A stretch of DNA of 64,000 nucleotides, taken from an uncultured Gammaproteobacteria bacterium. GTDB lineage: Bacteria > Patescibacteriota > Microgenomatia > Levybacterales > UBA12049. Within the stretch, counting starts at the first letter, position 1. Each line of letters begins with the position of its first letter. The stretch spans positions 8,228 to 72,227 of the forward strand of contig CAZILC010000006.1 in NCBI GenBank assembly GCA_964540055.1, written 5' to 3'. Both the position numbers and the translations under genes were made by a program. The notes beneath the pieces are model-generated. The model saw nothing but the letters and a program-made list of their open reading frames with translations. It was not told the origin of the DNA and made no database searches. Shown piece after piece: positions 56,064-63,971 of the stretch.

Positions 56064-56082
56064 ACATACTATTATACTAGTA
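56061..56082 (-). promoter_or_regulatory. Leaderless promoter of the trpR-like gene embedded in a TrpR-operator-like palindrome
   Basis: Minus strand reads TACTAGTATAATAGTA-tgt-ATG. TATAAT sits at the centre of the near-palindrome. Confidence 0.5.
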
Positions 56083-56136
56083 TGAGATTAAGTATGCAAG
56101 GGGCAACTTTATTTATGCTTGCTGATAAAAATACGA

Positions 56137-56151
56137 TATAATACAACTATG
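56137..56151 (+). promoter_or_regulatory. -10 box with leaderless ATG (rsmB-like)
   Basis: TATAAT-acaact-ATG. Confidence 0.45.
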
Positions 56152-57105
56152 GATCAATGTAACAATCTACCTTCTCAATTGATTAATCGATGGGAAAATC
56201 TTTTTACTGAAAAAGAATATAAAAAATTATTATTCGTGTTAACAAATAAGTTAATCGCTTCTTTTCGAATCAACACTATACGTACAACTTCAGAAATAAT
56301 TGAGAGAGAATTGACAAAACAAGGCTTCGAGTTTGAGAAAGTTAGCTGGTACAAAGATGCATATATAATGAAAAATAAATCTATACGCGATTTGACAGAT
56401 ACTGAAACATATAAAAATGGCTTTATATATATTCAAAATCTTTCGAGTATGATACCCGCGCTAGTGCTGGATCCGAAGGATGATGAAAAAGTACTGGATA
56501 TAGCAGCGGCACCGGGTAGTAAAGCAACACAAATTGCAGCACTTATGCATAATACCGGTGAATTGACTGCAAATGATATCAGCTTCAAACGGCTTTTTAA
56601 GCTAAAAGAAAATTTAAAACAAATGGGAGTTACTAACGCCAAAGTATTAAATCTTGCAGGTGAATCTTTCTGGAAAAAGCTTCCTGAGTATTTTGACAAA
56701 ACTCTTGTTGATGTCCCGTGTTCTATGGAAGGCCGCATTAAATGTGATGATCCGAAAACGTATAAGGACTGGTCGACAAAAAAAATCAAGCAATTGTCTC
56801 AAATGCAAAAATATCTTCTTCGTTCTGCAGTTTCTGCAACGAAAGTTGGCGGGACCATTGTGTATTCAACCTGTACAATGGCACCAGAGGAAAACGAAGA
56901 AGTAATCGAATGGGTTGTACAGAAATCGCCAAGTGCACTCGTGGTTGAAAAAATAGAAATAGCAAACTTACAAATGCAAAAGGGACTTACTTCATGGAAA
57001 AATAAACACTACAAATATACCAGTAATTGCCAACGAATCATTCCAAGTCAAACCATGGAGGGATTTTTTATTACAAAGCTTCATAAAACTGCATCGACAC
57101 TTTAA
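56149..57105 (+). CDS. RsmB/RsmF-type (NOL1/NOP2/Sun) RNA cytosine-C5 methyltransferase
   Basis: VLDIAAAPGSKATQIA (SAM motif), DVPCSMEGR and YSTCTMAPEENE (catalytic Cys motifs). Start set at ATG 56149, 6 nt after TATAAT. Confidence 0.85.
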   Translation: MDQCNNLPSQLINRWENLFTEKEYKKLLFVLTNKLIASFRINTIRTTSEIIERELTKQGFEFEKVSWYKDAYIMKNKSIRDLTDTETYKNGFIYIQNLSSMIPALVLDPKDDEKVLDIAAAPGSKATQIAALMHNTGELTANDISFKRLFKLKENLKQMGVTNAKVLNLAGESFWKKLPEYFDKTLVDVPCSMEGRIKCDDPKTYKDWSTKKIKQLSQMQKYLLRSAVSATKVGGTIVYSTCTMAPEENEEVIEWVVQKSPSALVVEKIEIANLQMQKGLTSWKNKHYKYTSNCQRIIPSQTMEGFFITKLHKTASTL

Positions 57106-57155
57106 TAAAGTTACTTTTTAAGTTGCGTCATGGGTAGAGTTACGTTAGAATGTGA

Positions 57156-58100
57156 ATGATGAAGAAAATTATTCTACTGGTCGTAGCAATTATTATTATT
57201 TTTGTGGGCGTTATAAACCACAAAGCACTTGGTGACACTGCTTATAACCTCCTCTATCAATCTCCTTGCGCAACGCCAAAAACATTTCGCATCGGGAAAA
57301 TAGATTCAAGATTTGATATCAGTAAAGCAGAACTTTTAGAGGACGCAAAAGAAGCAGGCGGAGTTTGGAAAAACAGTCAAGGAGAAATTCTGATGCAATA
57401 TGACCCTAATTCAGCAATGCCAATTAATATGGTATATGACCAAAGGCAGTATCTCGATACAAAAATTTCAAATTTAAACGACCAGGTTAACCAGCAAAAA
57501 AATTCACTTAAGCCGCAAATTGCTGATTATCAACAAAAAGTTGCCTCTTTTAAAAAAGACAGTGATGATTTGAATAATCAGGTACAATATTGGAATAACA
57601 AAGGCGGTGCGCCGCAAGATGTCTACAACAATCTCGTTGCCAAACAAAAATCTCTCCAGACACAAGCAGCACAATTACAGGAAATGGCAGATCAGCTAAA
57701 TCAGAATACCGACCAATACAACCAGCAGATTCAACAGCTTAACCAACAAGTCGATAATTATAATAATGTGTTAGTAAATAAACCTGAAGAAGGGCTTTAT
57801 ACAAGAGACGGCGCAAATGAATCAATTGATATATATTTTAATAATTCTCGCCGGGAATTAATTCATACACTTGCTCACGAAATGGGTCATAGCCTTGGAA
57901 TGAATCATAACAACAATCCCCAATCAATAATGTATCCTCAAACTAACCTTATCACAACACCTTCCTCTGACGATGAAGATGCATTAGCGCAAGTTTGTGC
58001 AAAACGGAGTATCTTTGTTCTAGCAACAGAAAAACTCATTCTATTCTTAGGGTCATTACATCAGAGTCTGAACAATCTTATAATTCAATACCAACAATAA
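57156..58100 (+). CDS. Membrane-anchored metzincin (matrixin/M10-like) zinc protease with Q/N-rich coiled-coil insert
   Basis: HTLAHEMGHSLGMNHNNN (HExxHxxGxxH) followed by SIMYP (Met-turn). N-terminal TM segment, and a roughly 110-aa Q/N-rich heptad-like region. Confidence 0.7.
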   Translation: MMKKIILLVVAIIIIFVGVINHKALGDTAYNLLYQSPCATPKTFRIGKIDSRFDISKAELLEDAKEAGGVWKNSQGEILMQYDPNSAMPINMVYDQRQYLDTKISNLNDQVNQQKNSLKPQIADYQQKVASFKKDSDDLNNQVQYWNNKGGAPQDVYNNLVAKQKSLQTQAAQLQEMADQLNQNTDQYNQQIQQLNQQVDNYNNVLVNKPEEGLYTRDGANESIDIYFNNSRRELIHTLAHEMGHSLGMNHNNNPQSIMYPQTNLITTPSSDDEDALAQVCAKRSIFVLATEKLILFLGSLHQSLNNLIIQYQQ

Positions 58101-58278
58101 TCTAAAAACTCTGATACTTTAATAAGTATCTCTTACATAAATCTTATTGATTTACCATCAATTCTTAACATAGCACCCCTATGCTACTGACAGATAACTA
58201 CGCTAGAACTCCTTACACTCAGTATCCTATTTAGCAAATAACTCACGCACCCAAATACTTTCAGAAAGGAAAATCTGT

Positions 58279-58887
58279 ATGCAAAACGGAATGATTACCC
58301 GAGGAAACTGGAATATTTTCCTAACACTCAAAGATGAACAACTCCTCCTTGTAAAACGCAAACACCCCTTTGTGGTGCTTACACAAATAATTATTATTTG
58401 TTGTCTCGCTCTTTTTTTTATTTCAAGCGGATTCGTTCTTTTTCAAGACATTATTCATTCCGCTTCACTTTTCTATGTAACAGCACTTCTTCTTATTAGT
58501 ATTGCAATTAGTTTGAGTACCAAAACAATAGTTGATTGGTACTTCCATATGTATATTTTGACAAACCGGAAAATTCTTGAGCTTCGATATACTCCACTTA
58601 CTTCATATATGGTGAATGATGTGATGCTTGATCGGGTCAATTGTACGGAAGTTGATCTACAAACAAGTGGATTTTTCAACGAGATAATCGATATGGGAGA
58701 TATCTGCATTACCTTTGATAGACCAACGAGAAGAGAGGAATTTCTTATTAAAGATATTCAAGGTTCACATGAACTTGCCACCTATTTAACACAACAGTTA
58801 CTTGATAGTGCGCCCCAATCTACTAGAATGCAACAACAAAATACAATATGGTTTAGACAACCTAATACGAATCATTCAACTTATTAA
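58279..58887 (+). CDS. Hypothetical membrane protein with PH-like C-terminal domain
   Basis: Two TM segments, then YILTNRKILELRYTPL...GDICITFD resembling bPH folds. AAGGAAA lies upstream of the ATG. Confidence 0.5.
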   Translation: MQNGMITRGNWNIFLTLKDEQLLLVKRKHPFVVLTQIIIICCLALFFISSGFVLFQDIIHSASLFYVTALLLISIAISLSTKTIVDWYFHMYILTNRKILELRYTPLTSYMVNDVMLDRVNCTEVDLQTSGFFNEIIDMGDICITFDRPTRREEFLIKDIQGSHELATYLTQQLLDSAPQSTRMQQQNTIWFRQPNTNHSTY

Positions 58888-58890
58888 AAA

Positions 58891-59124
58891 ATGCTAGATC
58901 TTACGGTAAATCATTTTAAAAGTATAATTTTATTTTTCTATTTATTCGTAGTTATTGTTGTTGTGCTATTTAGCTGGCTGTATCTCAGCAGAACGACACG
59001 CGCAACTAAAGCAATTGGGCTGCATGCTCCTGAGTATCTCAAAATAATGGTACGAGTAAGTATTGCTAATGCCATCCTTACCGCTTTTCTTATCTTCTTT
59101 TTCCTTCTAACAAATATATACTAA
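58891..59124 (+). CDS. Small membrane protein (77 aa)
   Basis: Two hydrophobic segments. Lies 3 nt after the upstream gene. Confidence 0.4.
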   Translation: MLDLTVNHFKSIILFFYLFVVIVVVLFSWLYLSRTTRATKAIGLHAPEYLKIMVRVSIANAILTAFLIFFFLLTNIY

Positions 59125-59146
59125 ATAATTTCTATAGTTGTGTTGG

Positions 59147-59227
59147 CACGGACAGAGAGTCCTCTGCAGCGCGCAGTTCGTTCGAGCAAAGCGAGACTAG
59201 AACGAGCACTGTAGAGTGTAGCCCGTG
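59147..59227 (+). other. GC-rich interrupted 21-bp hairpin (candidate structured RNA or processing/termination element)
   Basis: Helices 59147-59151/59223-59227, 59162-59169/59209-59216 and 59176-59183/59200-59207. Two G-U pairs are specific to the + strand. Confidence 0.3.
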
Positions 59228-59247
59228 ACAGGACCCCCACAATGCTA

Positions 59248-59287
59248 TTGACAAATTTTATACGTATATGTATACTATACGTATATG
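59248..59287 (+). promoter_or_regulatory. Canonical promoter with leaderless ATG (EXLDI gene), flanked by two ATACGTAT palindromes
   Basis: TTGACA-N17-TATACT-N8-ATG. The 11-mer TATACGTATAT is repeated at 59259-59269 and 59276-59286. Confidence 0.55.
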
Positions 59288-59794
59288 GGAAACAAAACTA
59301 TTTATGTGAGTGAAAAAGATGAACAGCTTTTTGACAGGGCAAAAGACCTTGCGGGAGAAGCGTTATCAACAGTTATTGCTCGTGCACTACGTGAATTTGT
59401 CTCCCGACATGAAAAACAAGCACAAGGTATGAAAGAAATCACCGTAAAAGTGGGCCAACTTAATTCTCAACGAGAACAACGTTTTGTGGGCCAGGAAATT
59501 GGTAAATGGTCAGGCTTTTCTGATGATAAAATCTGGCTGATGGATGCAAAAATCTATCGAACGCAAAAAGGTAATTGGGCAATTTTGCTCCACGAATCAG
59601 CAAAAGCCACCCTTCTAACAAATCCTAAAGAATGGTCAAAAAATGCTGACTATCTTGAGCAATCAAAGGGCACAGAGCTATTAGTTGGTGAGAATCTGGA
59701 TACTCTTAAAAGTAAACTGCCTAAATCTCTCTTCTCTACCCTGCAAGATTTAGCAACACGATTTGAAAATCCGGTTGAATACTTGGATATTTAA
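59285..59794 (+). CDS. EXLDI-family protein with N-terminal ribbon-helix-helix-like segment
   Basis: 169 aa ending ...NPVEYLDI, the C-terminal E-x-L-D-I motif that names the family (recalled as a TIGRFAMs family, from memory). The N-terminus IYVSEKDEQLFDRAKDLAGEALSTVIARALREFV looks RHH-like. Confidence 0.6.
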   Translation: MGNKTIYVSEKDEQLFDRAKDLAGEALSTVIARALREFVSRHEKQAQGMKEITVKVGQLNSQREQRFVGQEIGKWSGFSDDKIWLMDAKIYRTQKGNWAILLHESAKATLLTNPKEWSKNADYLEQSKGTELLVGENLDTLKSKLPKSLFSTLQDLATRFENPVEYLDI

Positions 59795-59807
59795 GGAGGT
59801 GACATGT

Positions 59808-59981
59808 ATGACAAACATTGATGATAAACATTTTGAACATTTGGCAAAAATGAGAACACTTGAAAGTATGAATCACTGGTATAGTTGGGAATCACCAATT
59901 GGACTTAGTATATTTTTCTTAACGTTAGTAATTATTGTAGTACTTCTCAAATGGGCATTTTTCCCGCATGTTGGGATCTAA
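59808..59981 (+). CDS. Small single-TM protein (57 aa)
   Basis: ATG 59808 is preceded by a strong SD AAGGAGGTGA (59793-59802). TM segment IGLSIFFLTLVIIVVLL. Confidence 0.5.
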   Translation: MTNIDDKHFEHLAKMRTLESMNHWYSWESPIGLSIFFLTLVIIVVLLKWAFFPHVGI

Positions 59982-59999
59982 ATTCTGGAGCAGAGATTG

Positions 60000-62384
60000 T
60001 TATAAGTGTGAACGCTGAGCAATTTCTGCTTCAACGGTATCAACAGCTTTTCCATATTTGAGCCTAGATAGTTCTTTCACCAATTCCGCAACACGAGGAT
60101 TTTCAAGCGCTTTTTCTTTTTCAATATCCTTAGTAGTATCAAGTGAGAATGGCTGAGCCGGTTCCCCATTAATCAACGTTCTCATAAAACAATTAAATTT
60201 ATCAACATTAATCAAATCATGCTCATTAAAAATAGGTTGGAATTCGTGAGCAAGATAATTTGCATCAGTCACACCAACACGGAATGATGCAACAGTACCA
60301 ACGTTTCCGAAAATCGCGTTTTTGATTTCTTCTTCCATCTGGCCGATAAACTGATTGGCAACAATAAGATTTAAACGATATTTTCGAGCCTCTGAAAGAA
60401 TTTGCGCGAAATCAGGCGTTGCAAAATTCTGAAACTCGTCAACATACAAGAAGAAATCTTTACGTTCACTCATCGGCATATCCTGGCGTGACATTGCGGC
60501 AACCAACAATTTTGGAACCAATACCAAGCCCAAGAAATTCGAATTTTCCTCTCCAATCGTTCCCTTCGAAAGATTGATAAGCAAAATTTTCTGTTCATCC
60601 ATGACTTTACGGAAAGAAAAGGCACTATCTGACTGTCCAATAATATTACGAATCATTTTATTCGTAACGAAGCGTCCGAATTTCGATGTAATATAGTCCA
60701 AAACCTCTGATTTATGAAAATCCGAAGTTTGTGCGATTTGATCGGTCCAATAACGTCTGATAATCGGATCTTGCACTTTTGGCAGTAGTTCTTGAACATA
60801 ATTTTGGTCAGTCAATACACGCATAACCTCAATAAGCGTACTCCCCTTTTCATACATTACTGTAAGCATTGCATTACGTACTGCGTGTTCAAAACGCGGT
60901 CCGACTATACCGGTTTTGTTCGGATCGAACAATTTATACATAAGACCGATGATTGAATTGGCTGCGAAGTGCTTTTGCTGTTCGGTATCTGCTTCGAGCA
61001 TATTAAAGCCCATTGGACGCTCGAAATCTGACGGATCAAAAAGAATCACATCTTCCGCCCGTTTCGGTGGAATAACTTTAAGAATATCTTCAACCAAATC
61101 TCCATGAGGATCAATGACCGCACACCCTTCACCATTATTAATATCCTGAATAATCATACTTTTAAGAAACTCAGTCTTACCAGTACCGGTTTTTCCGATA
61201 ATATACATATGCCGCCTTCTATCATCACGTTCGATAAAGACAGGCCTGGCCAAACCCCGATACGTACTACGCCCCAGGTACAAACCACTTGTTGCGATAT
61301 TTGATGGAGCTGCAGAACGCTTCGCGTTGAGCCAATGAATCCCCGGTGTAACGACACTTTTATTGGGAAAATGGTAAATTGTCGCGAGTTCTTCACTGGA
61401 CATAACAGACGTCCCACGAAACATTGGGAAATAGCGGTAAATAAAATCTGTCATAAAAAGACCTCGGAAAAATTGCCAGCGCTTTTTGAAATGATTCATG
61501 TAGTCAAATTGATTAAATACTCCTCGGATATTACTCAAATGAGCGTTTGCAGCCTCCTGAGTCTCTGCGCAAACAACGACTCGGATGGTGGTATTAAATC
61601 CTGACTTCGTCAATTTATTCTCAACGGCTTCGAGTTCTTTTGCGTCGGCTTTATAGCTAGCTTTTTCAGGATTAGCTTCATTTTTCTTCACATTTCCGAC
61701 ATAACTTCGTCCAATTTTTTTCCAGTGATTGCTTGCCGGTTGAATAATTATCTGGATTGCAGCACCTTCTCCTTCCCGCATTTTTCCGAGAATTGAGGTA
61801 ATCGTTGACATTGGATCAATCGGCAAATCTTTATATGTTTTAATCGGAAGATAATCGGCTCCTTTCAAATTCATCCACATAAAAGCAACTTTTCCATTAT
61901 CCGAAAAGATATTATATTCGGTACCAATTACTGTTCCTCCTCCACGCTGTTTGGCGGCTGGATCATTCACAGATAATATATCAGCTTCAGGATACGCTCC
62001 ATTAATTTCTTTTTCGACAAAATCCCGGTACTTTGCAGGTACATTGACATAAAATCGGATATCTCCCGGCAAACCCACAATTTCAAATGATACATGGGGC
62101 TGAGGTTTGAAATATTCAAATCTGGATGTTCCATATAACGCATATAAACTCGCAAAAAGCTGCTCTGCCGCATCAATTTTGATCTCATTTTCGCGTGGAA
62201 CTGTCACTTGGAGTAAAACGGAATTCAGAGATATATTTTCACGATTGCGGTATCTGAGCCACAAAACGAATATATAAAAACCACCCCAGCAAATAGCGCA
62301 CACGGCAGCAATACCTAAAACAATCAGGATGAGTGATGCTAAAACGTAGGCTAAATTGTGTACTGTTAAATCTTGTAATTGCAT
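60000..62384 (-). CDS. Membrane-anchored P-loop ATPase of the VirD4/TraG coupling-protein / HerA-FtsK superfamily
   Basis: N-terminal TM hairpin and a roughly 330-aa unknown domain. Walker A IIGKTGTGKT...VIDPHGD, Walker B-like FFLYVDEFQNF, and ARKYRLNLIVANQ. Confidence 0.65.
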   Translation of the reverse strand: MQLQDLTVHNLAYVLASLILIVLGIAAVCAICWGGFYIFVLWLRYRNRENISLNSVLLQVTVPRENEIKIDAAEQLFASLYALYGTSRFEYFKPQPHVSFEIVGLPGDIRFYVNVPAKYRDFVEKEINGAYPEADILSVNDPAAKQRGGGTVIGTEYNIFSDNGKVAFMWMNLKGADYLPIKTYKDLPIDPMSTITSILGKMREGEGAAIQIIIQPASNHWKKIGRSYVGNVKKNEANPEKASYKADAKELEAVENKLTKSGFNTTIRVVVCAETQEAANAHLSNIRGVFNQFDYMNHFKKRWQFFRGLFMTDFIYRYFPMFRGTSVMSSEELATIYHFPNKSVVTPGIHWLNAKRSAAPSNIATSGLYLGRSTYRGLARPVFIERDDRRRHMYIIGKTGTGKTEFLKSMIIQDINNGEGCAVIDPHGDLVEDILKVIPPKRAEDVILFDPSDFERPMGFNMLEADTEQQKHFAANSIIGLMYKLFDPNKTGIVGPRFEHAVRNAMLTVMYEKGSTLIEVMRVLTDQNYVQELLPKVQDPIIRRYWTDQIAQTSDFHKSEVLDYITSKFGRFVTNKMIRNIIGQSDSAFSFRKVMDEQKILLINLSKGTIGEENSNFLGLVLVPKLLVAAMSRQDMPMSERKDFFLYVDEFQNFATPDFAQILSEARKYRLNLIVANQFIGQMEEEIKNAIFGNVGTVASFRVGVTDANYLAHEFQPIFNEHDLINVDKFNCFMRTLINGEPAQPFSLDTTKDIEKEKALENPRVAELVKELSRLKYGKAVDTVEAEIAQRSHL

Positions 62385-62388
62385 ACTA

Positions 62389-63234
62389 TTACGCTGCCAC
62401 TTTTTCAGTAGGCGGAACTTTACTCGCTGTTAGCTGGCTCAAATTGACAGATGCTGTTTTAACCGGTACCGTTTTGACAGGAACTGTCTTGACCGGCAGT
62501 TTATTTGCTATAGCTCCTTTAGATACAGGTTTCATCACAGTCATTGCGATATCCGGATTCATTTTTCGCCATAAATATTTAATTTTTTCAAGCAGCCAGA
62601 ATTTTGAACTATGTAACCTATTGGCTTTGATTAATTCTTCTTGTGTAATTGCTTGTGCATACGTTACAGGAATTTTAGGTTTTGAAAGATGCATATCTGC
62701 CGCATCAATTATCCCGGGCCCCGAATGCGTCACGCCGATATTTTTGAGCTCCGTACTAATTTTTGGTTTCTCAAGCTCGTTAACCTCAATAAGTTTTTCT
62801 ACTTCCGGACTTGCTGCAATAACTTCAGGGACTGCCGGCTGAAGCTCAGGCCCAACCTCCTCAACATCTACAACTGCAGGTTGACTGACAATTTGCTGCT
62901 CGTCTTCCTGCAAATCATCCGAGCCTTGCCCCATAACACCGAGATTCTTTTTTTCTTGTGGCGCAACCTGCAATTCATCTTCATCATCGTCATCATCAGG
63001 ATCCTCAGCAGCAATCACTGCAGATCCCGATTCCAAACCGCCGCTTCCTGAGACAGAAATCTGTGTTTTCTGTATTGGAGCAGGTTTAGGCTGCACTGGC
63101 TGCGTTGGTGCTGGCGTATTAGAATTTGGACCTGCTTGCTGCGTTGCATTCTGATCCGACGACATATCGGTTACCGGTTGGGCAGCAGGAGTTTGATCTT
63201 GCACATTTTGAGCAGCAGGTGCACTTGGATCCAT
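62389..63234 (-). CDS. Acidic, low-complexity protein with (PVKTV)x3 repeat
   Basis: 281 aa with a P/Q/A-rich N-terminus, a DDDDDEDE tract, and C-terminal LPVKTVPVKTVPVKTASV. Ends 5 nt before the ATPase gene start. Confidence 0.5.
   Translation of the reverse strand: MDPSAPAAQNVQDQTPAAQPVTDMSSDQNATQQAGPNSNTPAPTQPVQPKPAPIQKTQISVSGSGGLESGSAVIAAEDPDDDDDEDELQVAPQEKKNLGVMGQGSDDLQEDEQQIVSQPAVVDVEEVGPELQPAVPEVIAASPEVEKLIEVNELEKPKISTELKNIGVTHSGPGIIDAADMHLSKPKIPVTYAQAITQEELIKANRLHSSKFWLLEKIKYLWRKMNPDIAMTVMKPVSKGAIANKLPVKTVPVKTVPVKTASVNLSQLTASKVPPTEKVAA
62456..62500. repeat. Coding 15-bp tandem repeat (3 units)
   Basis: GTTTTAACCGGTACC / GTTTTGACAGGAACT / GTCTTGACCGGCAGT encode PVKTV x3 on the minus strand. 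Confidence 0.8.
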
Positions 63235-63278
63235 ACTCTCTATATTAGCATGTCAAGGCTATAGAGGCAATGAAAGGC

Positions 63279-63611
63279 TTATTGATACGTTGCAAGCAAT
63301 TGAGAGAGTGATTCTTTTTGTTGTCCGATAAGTGTTGGGGTTATATCCTTAATAAGTTGGCTAATTGCATCAGCAGATACACTTATTAATTCCTGCAAAT
63401 AAAGTTCCTGAGGGATATATTGCTTTATCTTTTCAGGATCGGCATGGTTTAATTTTATATATTCCCTGACTTCTGGAGTTAACTTTGGCAGAACATTTGT
63501 CAGTGCATCAAGATAATTTAAATATTCGAATTCTGTAACAAACTTTTCTTTATTCGGATGCTGGATAATGTGAAGAATATCTAAGAGCATGTCTCTATAT
63601 GATTTTTGCAT
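63279..63611 (-). CDS. Hypothetical protein (110 aa)
   Basis: Compact helical-looking ORF in the same minus-strand array. No recognised motif. Confidence 0.5.
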   Translation of the reverse strand: MQKSYRDMLLDILHIIQHPNKEKFVTEFEYLNYLDALTNVLPKLTPEVREYIKLNHADPEKIKQYIPQELYLQELISVSADAISQLIKDITPTLIGQQKESLSQLLATYQ

Positions 63612-63634
63612 CGTTCGTTTACTCCCTTTCTTTA

Positions 63635-63934
63635 TTAAGCTCTTGCAACATCAATTGCCGCTTTTCCGGCACCAAGCCCTGTTAAGATACCACCCATGCT
63701 AAGAAGCCATTTTCCGGCAGCATATCCATATCTTGTTAAAGCAGCCTTATTACAAGCTGCTATGGGAATCACAGGTACAATAAGTTTCGTCGCAAGTAAT
63801 ACCCCTACAGCCACAACAGCAGTTCCAATTCCCCAGGCCAATAGATTTTTTGCTATCTTTGACATTCGTCTCCGTTTACTTGTTTCTGCAGCATCAACAG
63901 CAGGATTTTCAGCATGATTTTTTCTCTCAGCCAT
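63635..63934 (-). CDS. Small two-TM protein (99 aa), speculative VirB2/TrbC-pilin-like
   Basis: Basic N-terminus and two hydrophobic segments (LLAWGIGTAVVAVGVLLATKLIV; LLSMGGILTGLGAG). Canonical promoter upstream. Confidence 0.45.
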   Translation of the reverse strand: MAERKNHAENPAVDAAETSKRRRMSKIAKNLLAWGIGTAVVAVGVLLATKLIVPVIPIAACNKAALTRYGYAAGKWLLSMGGILTGLGAGKAAIDVARA

Positions 63935-63971
63935 ATGGAGGATATTATACCACTCAACTATGGGATGTCAA
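63932..63971 (-). promoter_or_regulatory. Canonical promoter for the 99-aa membrane protein
   Basis: Minus strand reads TTGACA-N16-(TGG)TATAAT-atcctccat-ATG. Confidence 0.5.

Noticed and set aside
59763-59807. TTG-initiated extension of the small TM protein, overlapping the EXLDI gene
   Set aside because: ATG 59808 has a near-perfect SD (AAGGAGGTGA) at optimal spacing. The extension would read through the EXLDI C-terminal coding region.
62333-63051. Plus-strand ORFs (169 aa and 120 aa) antisense to the 281-aa acidic protein gene
   Set aside because: The minus-strand ORF fits the operon spacing (it ends 5 nt before the ATPase start), and the plus ORF would overlap the ATPase start. The coding strand of this low-complexity region is nevertheless less certain than elsewhere.
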